DNA of 64,000 nt from an uncultured Desulfarculus sp. (lineage in GTDB: Bacteria; Desulfobacterota; Desulfarculia; Desulfarculales; Desulfarculaceae). A program made the translations under genes and the position numbers. The stretch lies in the NCBI GenBank assembly GCA_963665125.2, contig CAXXUK010000001.1, positions 2,240,001-2,304,000 on the forward strand. Direction: 5' to 3'. Below the pieces are notes generated by a model that was not told the origin of the DNA, ran no database searches, and worked only from the letters and a program-made list of their open reading frames with translations. Positions 9,063 through 19,274 of this stretch are shown one piece after another; position 1 is the stretch's first letter, and each line of letters begins with the position of its first letter.

Positions 9063-9222
9063 AGGAGGGGGCCTTGCGGGGAAAGCGGCGGACAATCCAT
9101 CGGGGTTCATCCCCAAGGCCCGGTTCTATTGTCCAGCCAAACTTGACCTAACAATGTTTTGTGGGCATAGTTGCCAAAGTTCCACTAATTGGTTCCAAAT
9201 TTTTTTATAGGTGGATTCAGCT

Positions 9223-10206
9223 ATGGACCCCAAAAGCGAATTCTCGCCGCCAGCTTTGCTGAGCGGCCCCACCACCCAATCGATCATGGCCAGCAGCCAC
9301 ATGCGGGTGCCCAAAGATCACCCCATGGAAAATGTCACCAAGGAGTTGATTATCGACGCCGGTGACGGCGTCCGGCTGATGGCCCTGCATTCGCCGCAGC
9401 CCGGCGGCACCAAAAAGGGCCTGGCCATTTTGCTGCACGGCTGGGAGGGCTCCCACAACTCCGTGTACATGATCCGCACCAGCCGGGCCCTGTTCGACCG
9501 GAGATTCGACGTGCTGCGCCTGAACCTGCGCGATCACGGCCCGACCCATCATCTGAACCAGGGTCTGTTTCTGGGCACGCTCATCCAGGAATCGCACAGG
9601 GGCGTTATCAAGGCGGCCGAACTGGCCGACGGCGGGCCTGTGTTTTTGGCGGGCTGGTCCATGGGCGGCAACTTCGCCCTGCGCATGGGCCTTCGCCACG
9701 CATCGGAGCCCATTCCGGGCCTAAAACGCATCGCCGCCATCAGCCCGGGCATCAACCCCGAAGACTCCACGGTGACCTTGGACAACATCCTGTGGTCGCG
9801 ATACTATTTCATGAAAAAATGGCGACGCTCCCTGCGCGCCAAGCAGGAGGCCTGGCCGGATGTGTACGACTTCAGCGACGTGTTGAAGTGCGTCACGGTG
9901 ATGGGCATGACCGCCAAGATGCTACAGACCTACACCGACTACAAATCCTGCAACGACTATTTCAGTTGCTACAACATCACCGGCGATGTTCTTTACGACC
10001 TGGCCACGCCGACGACGATCCTCACCGCCGAGGACGACCCGGTGATCACGGTCAAGGACTTTTACGACCTCAAGCTAAACGACATCACCGAGCTGTTCAT
10101 CACGGCCCACGGCGGCCACTCGGGTTTCATAGAAGGCTGGAAGTTCACCTCGTATTACGAACATTGGCTGCCGGATCTGTTTGAGCGGGAACTGGAACAA
10201 TCCTGA
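9223..10206 (+). CDS. YheT/ABHD-like alpha/beta hydrolase (esterase/lipase)
   Basis: LHGWEGS, LNLRDHG, GWSMGG nucleophile elbow, AEDDPVI and HGGHSGF. Start is 9211 (GTG) or 9223. Confidence 0.85.
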   Translation: MDPKSEFSPPALLSGPTTQSIMASSHMRVPKDHPMENVTKELIIDAGDGVRLMALHSPQPGGTKKGLAILLHGWEGSHNSVYMIRTSRALFDRRFDVLRLNLRDHGPTHHLNQGLFLGTLIQESHRGVIKAAELADGGPVFLAGWSMGGNFALRMGLRHASEPIPGLKRIAAISPGINPEDSTVTLDNILWSRYYFMKKWRRSLRAKQEAWPDVYDFSDVLKCVTVMGMTAKMLQTYTDYKSCNDYFSCYNITGDVLYDLATPTTILTAEDDPVITVKDFYDLKLNDITELFITAHGGHSGFIEGWKFTSYYEHWLPDLFERELEQS

Positions 10207-10422
10207 CCGGTATTTGCTGCTGACACCACCACGCCATAGTCTGTCGGCGCCGCACAATTATCGTGCGGCGTGACGGACTGGTAATTACGCCTTCCAATAC
10301 TGACCGTTTTTTCTCGGCTATGGCCGAAAACTGGTGCAAAACTTCCTTTCGCAATAATACAATATAATTAATATTCTTTTTAGGGATATTCCATCCATTT
10401 AGTTTGGCGAGAGGAGTAGGCA

Positions 10423-10620
10423 ATGCCTGAGTGTGAACTACTGACCACTTGCGGCTTTTTTAAACAGCATATGAATTCCCACGAAGCTGCGTGCAAAGGC
10501 CTAATTAACCAATATTGCCGCGGCCATAAGCAGGAAGACTGTAAACGGAAAATTTTCCGGAAGCAGAACGGAAAGCCTCCCGAGGATAGTATGCTGCCCA
10601 ACGGATCAATGCTGAGATAA
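10423..10620 (+). CDS. Small Cys-rich hypothetical protein (65 aa)
   Basis: Strong RBS GAGGAG; pattern C-x5-C-GFF...YC-x7-CKR...P-x3-MLPNG. Confidence 0.7.
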   Translation: MPECELLTTCGFFKQHMNSHEAACKGLINQYCRGHKQEDCKRKIFRKQNGKPPEDSMLPNGSMLR

Positions 10621-10800
10621 AACAATCAAGGTCCTTGCAAAGCCGGCGCACTACCGGGCAACCCAGCCTCCCGGCGTGCTCTCATGGTTTATCGAAAGTT
10701 GGGCCAAGGTCTCTGTTGCAATCATGGGCCGCGGGATTCGTTCGACAAAGTCTAGCCCCTAGGGGAAATAGGATTGGGCAAAAGGTGTAAAAAGAGCCCG

Positions 10801-11508
10801 ATGGATGAGTCGGAAAAGCGCGCAGCCCAATTTCTGAAATACATAGGCTATTCAAACATCGAATATGAACCTAGGGAAGGCCAAACGCCGGATTTCTTGG
10901 TTGATGGCACCATCGCTGTAGAAGTGCGTCGTCTCAACCAAAACGACTTTACGAAATCTAAGGTTGTGGGCCTTGAACACATGCAACATGTGTACATAGA
11001 TGGTTTAAAGCGCATATGTAACGAGATGGGCCCTCCGACCAATAACGAAAGCTGGTCTATTGGATTCACTTTTTCAAGACCAGCACCACAATGGCAAAAC
11101 CTGCGTGATAATTTAAAAGCAGCGTTAGCTGCATTCCAAGCGTCTTCCCAAAAACAACCCGGTACCATTTTTACTTACAACAGATTTAAGCTTGAGGTTT
11201 TATACAAGTCGAGCAAGCAACATAAGAATATGTTTTTAACGCCTGTTCCTCTCGATTTGGACGACGGCGGCTGGGTTTATGCGGAGCTTATAAAGAACAT
11301 TCCTTACTGTGTTGAAGAGAAGACAAAAAAAATCGAAGGAGTCCGTTCAGATTATCCATATTGGTGGCTAATTCTCATTGATAGAATTGGGTATGCGTTA
11401 AGCAAGGAAGAGCACGACGAATTTAGAGATTATCTTGCATTAGAGCATAGTTGGGATCGCATCACCCTCTTGAACCCGCTGGACCATACCCACTGGCTTG
11501 ACCTCTAA
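10801..11508 (+). CDS. Low-GC hypothetical protein with a PD-(D/E)xK-like motif
   Basis: Long ORF with AT-rich codon usage; TPDF-x7-VEVRRL motif. Confidence 0.7.
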   Translation: MDESEKRAAQFLKYIGYSNIEYEPREGQTPDFLVDGTIAVEVRRLNQNDFTKSKVVGLEHMQHVYIDGLKRICNEMGPPTNNESWSIGFTFSRPAPQWQNLRDNLKAALAAFQASSQKQPGTIFTYNRFKLEVLYKSSKQHKNMFLTPVPLDLDDGGWVYAELIKNIPYCVEEKTKKIEGVRSDYPYWWLILIDRIGYALSKEEHDEFRDYLALEHSWDRITLLNPLDHTHWLDL

Positions 11509-11526
11509 AAGCTAGTAATCCAAATC

Positions 11527-11570
11527 AAAAAAAAGGGCGGCAGACGTACTTCATTCGTCCACCGCCCTTT
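11527..11570 (-). terminator. Intrinsic terminator of the acd-hbd operon
   Basis: AAAGGGCGG...CCGCCCTTT stem with an A-tract on + (U-tract on -). Confidence 0.65.
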
Positions 11571-11594
11571 AATTAGCTTGCTAGCCGGTCTGAT

Positions 11595-12467
11595 CTACTT
11601 CTTGCTGTAGTCGTACCAGCCCTTGCCGGTCTTTTGGCCGTAGTCGCCGCGGGCGTAGCGCTCGACGACTTGAGGTACGGGCAGGTCGGCCAGATCGCCG
11701 CTTCTCTTGAAGTTTTCCATGCCCATGATGTAGGTCAGGTCGATACCGGTGAGGTCCATCAGGCGGAACGGGCCCATGGGGTGGCCGGCGCCGTACACGC
11801 AGGCCTTGTCGATGTCTTCAAACGAGGCAACGCCCATCTCCAGAATCCATTGGGCTTCCCTGGTGATGGCGAAGAAGATGCGGTTGAGCAGGAAGCCGTT
11901 GACTTCCTTCTTCAGGTGCACGGGCACCTTGGCCAGCTTTTCGCACAGCTGCATGGAGATCTGGGTGGTCTCGTCGGACACGTGGGGGCCCTGAACGACC
12001 TCGACCAGCTTCATGACCAGCGCCGGGTTGAAGAAGTGCAGGTTGACAACCTTGTCCGGGCGGCTGGTGGCGTCGGCAATGCGGCTGCTGACGATGGCCG
12101 AGCTGTTGGTGGCCAGGATGGCATGCTTCGGGCAGATGCGGTCCAGGTCGGCAAAGATCTTCCGTTTGAGGTCCACCACCTCGATAACGGCTTCGATCAC
12201 GTAGTCGGCGTTCTTGGCGGCCTCTTCCAGGGTGCTGGGGAAGCTGATGCGGGCGCGAATGGCCTTGGCGTCGTCTTCGCTCATCTTGCCCTTGGCCACG
12301 CGGCCGGCCAGGTAGCTGTCGGCAAAGGCTTCGGCTTTTTTCAGGATCTCGGCGTTAACGTCGGTGCAGGTTACGGTATAGCCTTTGATGGCGCTATGCA
12401 GGGCAATCTGGTGGCCCATGTTGCCGGCGCCCACTACGCAAATAGTTTTGACATCGTCGATAGTCAT
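11595..12467 (-). CDS. hbd: 3-hydroxyacyl-CoA (3-hydroxybutyryl-CoA) dehydrogenase
   Basis: VVGAGNMGHQIA, EAVIE, ATNSS, HFFNP, HPMGPFRLMDLTGID and GQKTGKGWYDY. Confidence 0.92.
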   Translation of the reverse strand: MTIDDVKTICVVGAGNMGHQIALHSAIKGYTVTCTDVNAEILKKAEAFADSYLAGRVAKGKMSEDDAKAIRARISFPSTLEEAAKNADYVIEAVIEVVDLKRKIFADLDRICPKHAILATNSSAIVSSRIADATSRPDKVVNLHFFNPALVMKLVEVVQGPHVSDETTQISMQLCEKLAKVPVHLKKEVNGFLLNRIFFAITREAQWILEMGVASFEDIDKACVYGAGHPMGPFRLMDLTGIDLTYIMGMENFKRSGDLADLPVPQVVERYARGDYGQKTGKGWYDYSKK

Positions 12468-12519
12468 TTCATTCCTCCGAATTTATGCAAATCTCCCGCT
12501 GCCATCGGCAGCAGCATTA

Positions 12520-13992
12520 TCAGGCGGACCAATCTTCTCCCGCCTGTATTTTCTCGATCATTTCCTGTCTGGCGCGCAAGGCGGCCATGGCCTTTGCCGC
12601 CCTTTCCGGGCTGGGCAAAATCGGCACGCCTTTGGAGCGAATCATATGAATCAGCTCTTCATCCTTGATGCGGAAGGAGAACCCGACCAGAGGCCTACCC
12701 GATTTTTGGACCAGGGCTGCGATTCGTTCGCTATGATCCACAAACAGCTTTTCCACCTCGGACGTGGCCTCTTCCTGGCTCATACCCAGGTTCACCAAGT
12801 TGCCGACCATCCGGTTCTTGGCAAACAAAAAATACATCAAAAGTCCGTCGGTATTGGGGTCTTCCAAAAGAATCGACGGCATCCTGGTCAGGTAATCCAT
12901 GGGATTGCGGCTGAAGGTCACATCCACCGGGTTGTTGGCGTTGCCCGTGACCGGTAGATATTCGACCAAGGACTTTACCGTTTCCGGAGCCAGGGCCGGC
13001 AGTTCCAGGCCCACGCGCCCGCACATGTCGGCGCAGGCCGCGCCGGGCCCGCCCGAATGGGTCTGGACGACCATCCGTTTGCCCCTTGGCAGCGGGCTCA
13101 GGGCCATCACGGAGGCGAAGTCGAACAGTTCCTCGATGCTCATTGCCCGGATTACGCCGGCCTGGCGGAACATGCCGTTGTATAGAGGATCGGGCCCGGC
13201 CAGGGAACCGGTGTGGCTCAGGCCGGCCTTGCGGCCCGTTTCCGAACCGCCCGCGTAGTAGGCCACAATGGGTTTATGGGGGGTGATGCGGCGGCAGACC
13301 TCCACGAACTCGCGCCCCCGGTTCAGGGCCTCGATGTACATGGTGATGACTTTGGTGGTCGGGTCGACACCCAAATACTCCAGGCAGTCCACAAGGTCGA
13401 TGTTTGCGGAGTTGCCCACGCTGAAGCACGTGCTGAATCCCAGGTCCAGCGGATCGAGATAATCGAACATCTGCGTCACGAAGCTGCCGCTCTGGGAGGC
13501 CATGCCCACGTACCCCGGAGGTCCGAAATAGCTATGGAACATGGTGTTGAGTCTGTGGTGGGTGTTCACCACGCCCAGGCAGTTGGGGCCGACAAACCGG
13601 ATGCCGTGCTTGTCGGCGGCCTCTTTCAGCTGCCGTTCCAGCTCGACGCCTTCGCCGCCGACCTCGCGGAAGCCGCCGGACACCACCACCGCGTGCCTGA
13701 TTCCCTTTTGGCCGCATTGGTCAAGGACTCCCGGCACCAGATGGGTCGGCAGGACGATCACCGCCAGATCGGGCGTCTCGGGCAGGTCCAACACGCTGCG
13801 ATAGGCCTTGTACCCCAGGACCTCGTCCTCCTTACGGTGCACCGGGTAGATGATGCCCTTGAAGCCGATGTCGACCACCGAACTCATCAGGTTCGTGCCC
13901 ATGGAGACAAAGTTGTTGGAGGCCCCGAAAAAGGCCACGCTGTCGGGGTTTACAATCTTGAAGAGGGGGCTTTGGCGAATATCGTTAATCAT
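12520..13992 (-). CDS. Acyl-CoA synthetase (NDP-forming), alpha/CoA-binding subunit
   Basis: P.SVAFFGAS, GPNCLG, SQSGS, SHTGSLAG (phospho-His), SGGPG and NPVD. Confidence 0.9.
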   Translation of the reverse strand: MINDIRQSPLFKIVNPDSVAFFGASNNFVSMGTNLMSSVVDIGFKGIIYPVHRKEDEVLGYKAYRSVLDLPETPDLAVIVLPTHLVPGVLDQCGQKGIRHAVVVSGGFREVGGEGVELERQLKEAADKHGIRFVGPNCLGVVNTHHRLNTMFHSYFGPPGYVGMASQSGSFVTQMFDYLDPLDLGFSTCFSVGNSANIDLVDCLEYLGVDPTTKVITMYIEALNRGREFVEVCRRITPHKPIVAYYAGGSETGRKAGLSHTGSLAGPDPLYNGMFRQAGVIRAMSIEELFDFASVMALSPLPRGKRMVVQTHSGGPGAACADMCGRVGLELPALAPETVKSLVEYLPVTGNANNPVDVTFSRNPMDYLTRMPSILLEDPNTDGLLMYFLFAKNRMVGNLVNLGMSQEEATSEVEKLFVDHSERIAALVQKSGRPLVGFSFRIKDEELIHMIRSKGVPILPSPERAAKAMAALRARQEMIEKIQAGEDWSA

Positions 13993-14683
13993 GGTCGGCC
14001 TCCCTCAAAACCACAAGAGCGTCAACGGCCTTGATTCGTCCTTGCCTGTCGATAATCACCGGGTTGACGTCGATTTCCGCCACCTCGGGCAGTTCGACTC
14101 CGATACGGCCCAAAGCCACCAGGGCCCGGCACAGGGCGTCCATGTCCACTGGCTGCTGGCCCCGGAAGGCTCCGAACACGGCCTTGGATTGCAGTTGTTC
14201 GCACATGTCGCAGGCCTCGACCATGTCCAGCGGCGCGGCCCGAAAGGCCGTGTCTGCTATGACCTCGGCGAATATGCCGCCCAGGCCCAGCATCACGCAC
14301 GGCCCGAACTGCTGGTCGCGGCTCAGGCCCAGCACCAGTTCGCGGTTGCCCGCGGCCATTTCTTGGATCAACACGCCATCCAGGCCGTCCTGGATGGCCA
14401 TGAGGTCCTCAAACGCCTGGCGGATCGCCGCCGGATCGCGCAGACCCAGCCGCACCGCTCCTACCTCGCTTTTATGCATCAATTCCGCGGAGCAGGCCTT
14501 CATGGCCACGGTTGGTCCCAGTTTGGCGGCCAGTTCCACGGCCTGGTCCGCCGAAACTGCCAAGGCCTCGCTGGTGGTCTCTACGCCAAAATGGGACAGA
14601 AGCTTTTTCGAATCATATTCCGATAATGCCCTTTTGCCTGAATCAACGGCTGATTTAATCAACGAGGAAGGATCGTCTACCAT
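13985..14683 (-). CDS. Acyl-CoA synthetase (NDP-forming), beta/ATP-grasp subunit
   Basis: LSEYDSKKLL, HKSEVGAV, FGPCVMLGLGGIFAE and EIDVNP. AGGAG RBS before ATG 14683. Confidence 0.9.
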   Translation of the reverse strand: MVDDPSSLIKSAVDSGKRALSEYDSKKLLSHFGVETTSEALAVSADQAVELAAKLGPTVAMKACSAELMHKSEVGAVRLGLRDPAAIRQAFEDLMAIQDGLDGVLIQEMAAGNRELVLGLSRDQQFGPCVMLGLGGIFAEVIADTAFRAAPLDMVEACDMCEQLQSKAVFGAFRGQQPVDMDALCRALVALGRIGVELPEVAEIDVNPVIIDRQGRIKAVDALVVLREADHD

Positions 14684-14834
14684 ACGCTCTCCTAAATAGC
14701 CAAACCTGAACTTGATTTTGTGCAGAGGCATTATAGACCGGCTTTGGTGTAGACCCAAGAAAAAACATCGCAAACCGTTTTATGGGGAAAAACAGATGCC
14801 GCCTTATGGTTTTGCAGGTTGGATTTAACGCGGA

Positions 14835-17075
14835 CTAATCGCGGATTAACACCTGACGGGGTTTGGAGCCGTCGGACGGTCCTACTATTCCGTCGATTTC
14901 CATCTGTTCGATCATGCGGGCGGCCCGGTTGTAGCCCACCCTGAGCTTGCGCTGGACAAACGAAACCGAGGCCTTGCCCGACTGTTTGACGATGCGCACG
15001 GCGTCCTGGTAATGCTCGTCAATCTCGTCGCCGCCGCCGAACATGTCATCGTCTTCATCGTCGCCGTTTGCCGCCCGGACAATGCTTTCGTCATAATTGG
15101 GCTGGGCCTGGTCCTTCCAGAACTCCACCACCCGTTCGATCTCGTTGTCCGACACAAAAGCGCCGTGGGCCCGCTTGGGTCCGTTGTTGGACGGATGCAG
15201 GAACAGCATGTCGCCGGCGCCCAACAGATGCTCGGCCCCCTGCTGGTCCAGGATGGTGCGGCTGTCGATGCGGCTGGACACCTGGAAGCTGATGCGGGCC
15301 GGGAAATTGGCCTTGATCAGGCCGGTGATCACGTCCACGCTGGGCCGTTGGGTGGCCAGAACCAGATGGATGCCGGCGGCCCTAGCCATCTGGGCCAGGC
15401 GGGTGATCAGGGCCTCCACCTCCTTGGAACTGACCATCATCAGGTCTGCCAGTTCGTCGATGATGATCAGGATATGCGGAAGCGGGGTCAGCCGGGCCGG
15501 CCGTTCCGGGTCGGGCGAGGTGCCGCCCAGGCCGCCGTCGGGCTCGGCCAACAGACCGGTTTCGCGCAGCTTCTTGTTGAACGACTTGATGTTGCGCACG
15601 CCCACCTCGGCCAGCAGCGAATAGCGCCGTTCCATCTCCAATACCGCCCAGCGCAGACCGGCCGTGGCCTCCTTGGGGCTGGTGATAATGGGGTGCAGCA
15701 AATGGGGCACTTCATTATAAGTGGACAGCTCGATGCGCTTGGGGTCCACCATGATCAGGCGCACCTCGTCGGGCGTGGATTTGTAGAGCACCGACAGGAT
15801 CATCGTATTGATGAACACGCTCTTGCCCGCGCCGGTTGCCCCGGCGATGAGCAAATGGGGCATGCGGCACAGGTCGTCCACCAGCGGAAAACCAAGGATG
15901 TCCTTGCCCAGGGCCGTGGTCAGGGGGCTGGTGGATTTATCGTATTCCGCCGAAGACAACAACTCGCGCAGATAAACGGTGTCGCGGTAGGCGTTGGGTA
16001 TCTCGATGCCGATGGCCGCCTTGCCGGGGATGGGCGCGACAATGCGGATGGACTGGGCCCGTAGGTTCAGGGCCAGGTCGTCGGCCAAGCCGGCCACCTT
16101 GCTGATCTTCACGCCGGGCGCGGGCTTGAACTCGTACATCGTAACCACCGGCCCCGTGGCCACTTCGCTGACCCTGCCCTCCACTCCGAAGTCGGCCAGT
16201 TTGGCCTCCAGCAGCCGCGAGTTGTTCATCAGTTCTTCGCGGTCTATGTTGGACTTGCCGTGTATGGCCTCGCTAAGCAGTTCCAGGGGCGGCAGGGCGA
16301 AACGCCCGTTGGAGGACTGGCGCGACCTGGTCTTTTGCACGGCGACTTGCGGCTTGGCGGCCGGGGTCACGAACTTGGGCTTGGTGTTTGACTTTTCCTT
16401 GACCGGCTTCGGCTCGGGCGGGGGTTTGGGCCTGGACCTTTCCGTTGCCGGTTGGGCCGGGGCGCCGCCGGTTTGGGCGGGCCGGGTATCACGCAGCCAG
16501 CGCACGAAGACCTCGCTGAGAATGGGCCAGGCGCAGTAAAGCATCAACCCCAGGCCACATACGGCGACAACCGCGGCAAAGGCCCAGGCTACCTGCGCGC
16601 CTGCCAAATCCCGCAGGCTTTGGGCCGCCACCCGCCCCGCGCTGCCGCCGAGAGCGATTCGCGCGCCCTTGTAGGCCGTATCAACGCCGCTGAGTCCGCA
16701 AATGGCCAGCAGGCCCACCAATGCCCAGAGCGTGCCGCACATCAGCGGCAACACGGCCAGCCGCCCCGCCCCCTTCCAGTACAGCCAGCCGAACAGGGGC
16801 AGCAATGCCACCAGCAGCCACGAGGCAAGGCCCATGATATTCAACGATGACCAGGCGATGGACGCGCCGGCCGGGCCCAGCAGATTGCTGACCGCGTCGC
16901 CGGTGGCCAGGGAGTCGGAGGCGTTGAAACCTGCCAGGGAAGCCGCCAACACCAAAGCCAGGGCTATAAGCGCCAGCCACAGGCCCAGCCGAAGCCATGA
17001 CAACAATCCATCCCATTTGTCCCGCAGGGTTATTTCAGCCGAACCTCGTGACGCCAAATCGATAATCCTAAACAA
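14835..17075 (-). CDS. ftsK: DNA translocase FtsK
   Basis: N-terminal TM domain, MPHLLIAGATGAGKS, IIDELADLMM, ATQRPSVDVITG, gamma domain QRKLRVGYNRAAR. Confidence 0.97.
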   Translation of the reverse strand: MFRIIDLASRGSAEITLRDKWDGLLSWLRLGLWLALIALALVLAASLAGFNASDSLATGDAVSNLLGPAGASIAWSSLNIMGLASWLLVALLPLFGWLYWKGAGRLAVLPLMCGTLWALVGLLAICGLSGVDTAYKGARIALGGSAGRVAAQSLRDLAGAQVAWAFAAVVAVCGLGLMLYCAWPILSEVFVRWLRDTRPAQTGGAPAQPATERSRPKPPPEPKPVKEKSNTKPKFVTPAAKPQVAVQKTRSRQSSNGRFALPPLELLSEAIHGKSNIDREELMNNSRLLEAKLADFGVEGRVSEVATGPVVTMYEFKPAPGVKISKVAGLADDLALNLRAQSIRIVAPIPGKAAIGIEIPNAYRDTVYLRELLSSAEYDKSTSPLTTALGKDILGFPLVDDLCRMPHLLIAGATGAGKSVFINTMILSVLYKSTPDEVRLIMVDPKRIELSTYNEVPHLLHPIITSPKEATAGLRWAVLEMERRYSLLAEVGVRNIKSFNKKLRETGLLAEPDGGLGGTSPDPERPARLTPLPHILIIIDELADLMMVSSKEVEALITRLAQMARAAGIHLVLATQRPSVDVITGLIKANFPARISFQVSSRIDSRTILDQQGAEHLLGAGDMLFLHPSNNGPKRAHGAFVSDNEIERVVEFWKDQAQPNYDESIVRAANGDDEDDDMFGGGDEIDEHYQDAVRIVKQSGKASVSFVQRKLRVGYNRAARMIEQMEIDGIVGPSDGSKPRQVLIRD

Positions 17076-17120
17076 TTACTACAGAAACTGGCTGCACTTT
17101 AAGCCAAGGCCTTGGCCGTG

Positions 17121-17897
17121 TCAACCTTGGCCGTCACCGGCGAACAATTGCTCCGGGTGCTCGCTGATGGCCCTGTTGCGCAGTTCAACCACCTTTTCGC
17201 GGGTCCGCTCGGCCAAATCGTCGCGGTCGGCGGTTTTGAGTTCCCCTGTCTCCAGGGGCTGGCCCATGTAGACATACACCGTGCCGGGTGTGACGTAGTA
17301 TCTTTTGGGCTGAAGCACCTTGCGTGAGCCGTGGATATAGAACGGGACCACCGGCCTTTTGCTCTTGATGGCCAAAAGCAGCCCCCCGGATTTGAACGGC
17401 AGGAGTTCGCCGTCGGAGGTGCGGGTGCCTTCGGGAAAGACGACAACGCTGGCCCCGGTGGCGATGCGGGTGGCCGCCTTTTGCAGACTGCGCATGGCCT
17501 CGCGGCCCGATGACCGGTTTATCGGGATATATCCGGCCGCCCTCAGGGCCGCGCCGAAGATCGGAATGCTGAATAGCTCCTCCTTGGCTATCCAGCGGAA
17601 GTTGGGCGGTAGGATGGCCTGCAGGATGGGGATGTCGGCGGCTGAGGCGTGGTTTCCGGCAAAAACATAGGCCTCGTCATGATCCAGGTTTTCAAACCCG
17701 AGCACCTTGATCTTCACACCCGTGCCAAAGGCCGTCAGGGTTGCCCATACACGGGCGACCACGGTAATTACTTTTTCGTTGAATCCCAATAGTTGCAGCA
17801 CTATCACCAGACAACTAAAGAACAACAGGATGGAGGCAGCCCAGGCTACGGCCCAGGTGGACCAGATCAATCTCAACAATTTCCACACGTACTTCAT
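17121..17897 (-). CDS. plsC: 1-acyl-sn-glycerol-3-phosphate acyltransferase
   Basis: NHASAAD (HxxxxD), AKEELF and FPEGTR. Confidence 0.9.
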   Translation of the reverse strand: MKYVWKLLRLIWSTWAVAWAASILLFFSCLVIVLQLLGFNEKVITVVARVWATLTAFGTGVKIKVLGFENLDHDEAYVFAGNHASAADIPILQAILPPNFRWIAKEELFSIPIFGAALRAAGYIPINRSSGREAMRSLQKAATRIATGASVVVFPEGTRTSDGELLPFKSGGLLLAIKSKRPVVPFYIHGSRKVLQPKRYYVTPGTVYVYMGQPLETGELKTADRDDLAERTREKVVELRNRAISEHPEQLFAGDGQG

Positions 17898-17976
17898 TGA
17901 CCACTCGCCCCTTCGGTATTCTTGTGACCCAGGCCAGGCTATGCTAAACTCAGGCGGTTAATTCAAGGAGGTTCCT

Positions 17977-18453
17977 ATGGCCCGTGGCGTGAACAAGGTG
18001 ATTCTCATCGGCAATCTCGGTGCCGATCCCGAAATGAAGTATACCCCAAATGGGACAGCCGTCTGCAATTTGCGCATCGCCACCGGCGAAGCCTTCAAGG
18101 GCCAGGACGGAAATTGGCAGGAGCGGACGGAATGGCACAGGGTCGTCACTTTCGGCAAAACCGCTGAAAACTGCGGCCAATACCTGGCCAAGGGCCGTCA
18201 AGTCTATATCGAGGGCCGTTTGCAAACCCGCAGTTGGGATGACCAGCAAGGCCAAAAACGCTTTTCCACGGAAATCGTGGCCAGGGAAATTCAATTCCTG
18301 GGCGGCGGAGCCGGCGGAGGCGGAGGCCAGGGCGGTGGTTACGGCGGCGGCGGCCAGGGTGGCGGCGGAGGCTACGGCAATCAGGGCGGCGGCTATGGCG
18401 GCGGCGATAGTTACGGCGGTCCGCCTCCCACGGACGACGACATCCCGTTCTAG
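17977..18453 (+). CDS. ssb: Single-stranded DNA-binding protein
   Basis: [21 protein letters not shown], Gly-rich tail and DDDIPF C-terminus; AAGGAGG RBS. Confidence 0.98.
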   Translation: MARGVNKVILIGNLGADPEMKYTPNGTAVCNLRIATGEAFKGQDGNWQERTEWHRVVTFGKTAENCGQYLAKGRQVYIEGRLQTRSWDDQQGQKRFSTEIVAREIQFLGGGAGGGGGQGGGYGGGGQGGGGGYGNQGGGYGGGDSYGGPPPTDDDIPF

Positions 18454-18559
18454 GGCGTCAAGGCTCCCGGCAGCCAAATCCTTTTGCAGTCAATCGGGGC
18501 TGTGCCATAATGTTGGCACCAGCCCCGATCTCTTTAATCGAACTCAAGAGGAGATGAAT

Positions 18560-19063
18560 ATGACCGGCAAGCGGACGCCAGTATTTGTTACCTTTTTTGC
18601 GCTGTTGGCCTTTATCGCCCTGGCCGTGGGCTGCGCTTCGGGCTCGGCCAAATTCCAAAACAAATCCCCCAAATTCTCCATGGAGTATCCGGGGTACTAT
18701 ATCGCCGAACCCCTGAAGCAAGACGAAGTGCTGCGGGTCAAGGACCCCATGGGCTTTCCGTATTTCACCGTCACGGTATACCCCTATCAGACCGGCATGG
18801 ACCTGAACCAGGTGCTCAACCAGTATCAAAAGCGCATCGAGGACACGGGCTCCGGCGTGAAGTTGATGGACATCAAGCGGGTTGAACTCAGCGGCAACCT
18901 GCCGGGCCTCCAAGCCGAGCTGGAGTGGAATCTGGAAAACGGCCAAAAGGTGCAGACGCTGTTCCTGGCGGTGATCAAGGACAAAGAGGTCATGGTCATC
19001 GCGGCCCATACCCAGAACGGGATGAAGGAAGCCAAAAAATTTGTCGACACCCTGAAGTTCTAG
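18560..19063 (+). CDS. Lipoprotein, PsbP/DcrB-like fold suspected
   Basis: GAGGAG RBS, lipobox LAVGC, FSMEYP..Y and ...FVDTLKF ending typical of Mog1/PsbP-like proteins. Confidence 0.7.
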   Translation: MTGKRTPVFVTFFALLAFIALAVGCASGSAKFQNKSPKFSMEYPGYYIAEPLKQDEVLRVKDPMGFPYFTVTVYPYQTGMDLNQVLNQYQKRIEDTGSGVKLMDIKRVELSGNLPGLQAELEWNLENGQKVQTLFLAVIKDKEVMVIAAHTQNGMKEAKKFVDTLKF

Positions 19064-19274
19064 ATAGACAGGCGTCCGGCCGGAGCTTTGCCGCGCCGGA
19101 CGCCTTCAAAGCACAACCACCGCCCAATCATTGACCATTTTCACGCTATAACAAACTTCTCCGAAACAGGCTTCCTGCCGCATCACCGTAAACGAATCGG
19201 GCGGCTGCCTGTTCCGCAACCGCCCGGAGAAGCTATTTAACTACGAGCCGTCCATGGCTTTTTCGGTCAATACG

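Noticed and set aside
11634..16064. Long antisense ORFs (e.g. 11634-12668, 13213-14034, 15012-16064) and similar shadows across the window
   Set aside because: They lie opposite well-supported genes and are expected from GC-rich codon bias; they show no motifs.
18050..18559. N-terminal extension of the 337-aa ORF overlapping ssb
   Set aside because: It is an alternative frame of ssb; the real start follows the GAGGAG RBS at about 18554-18560.
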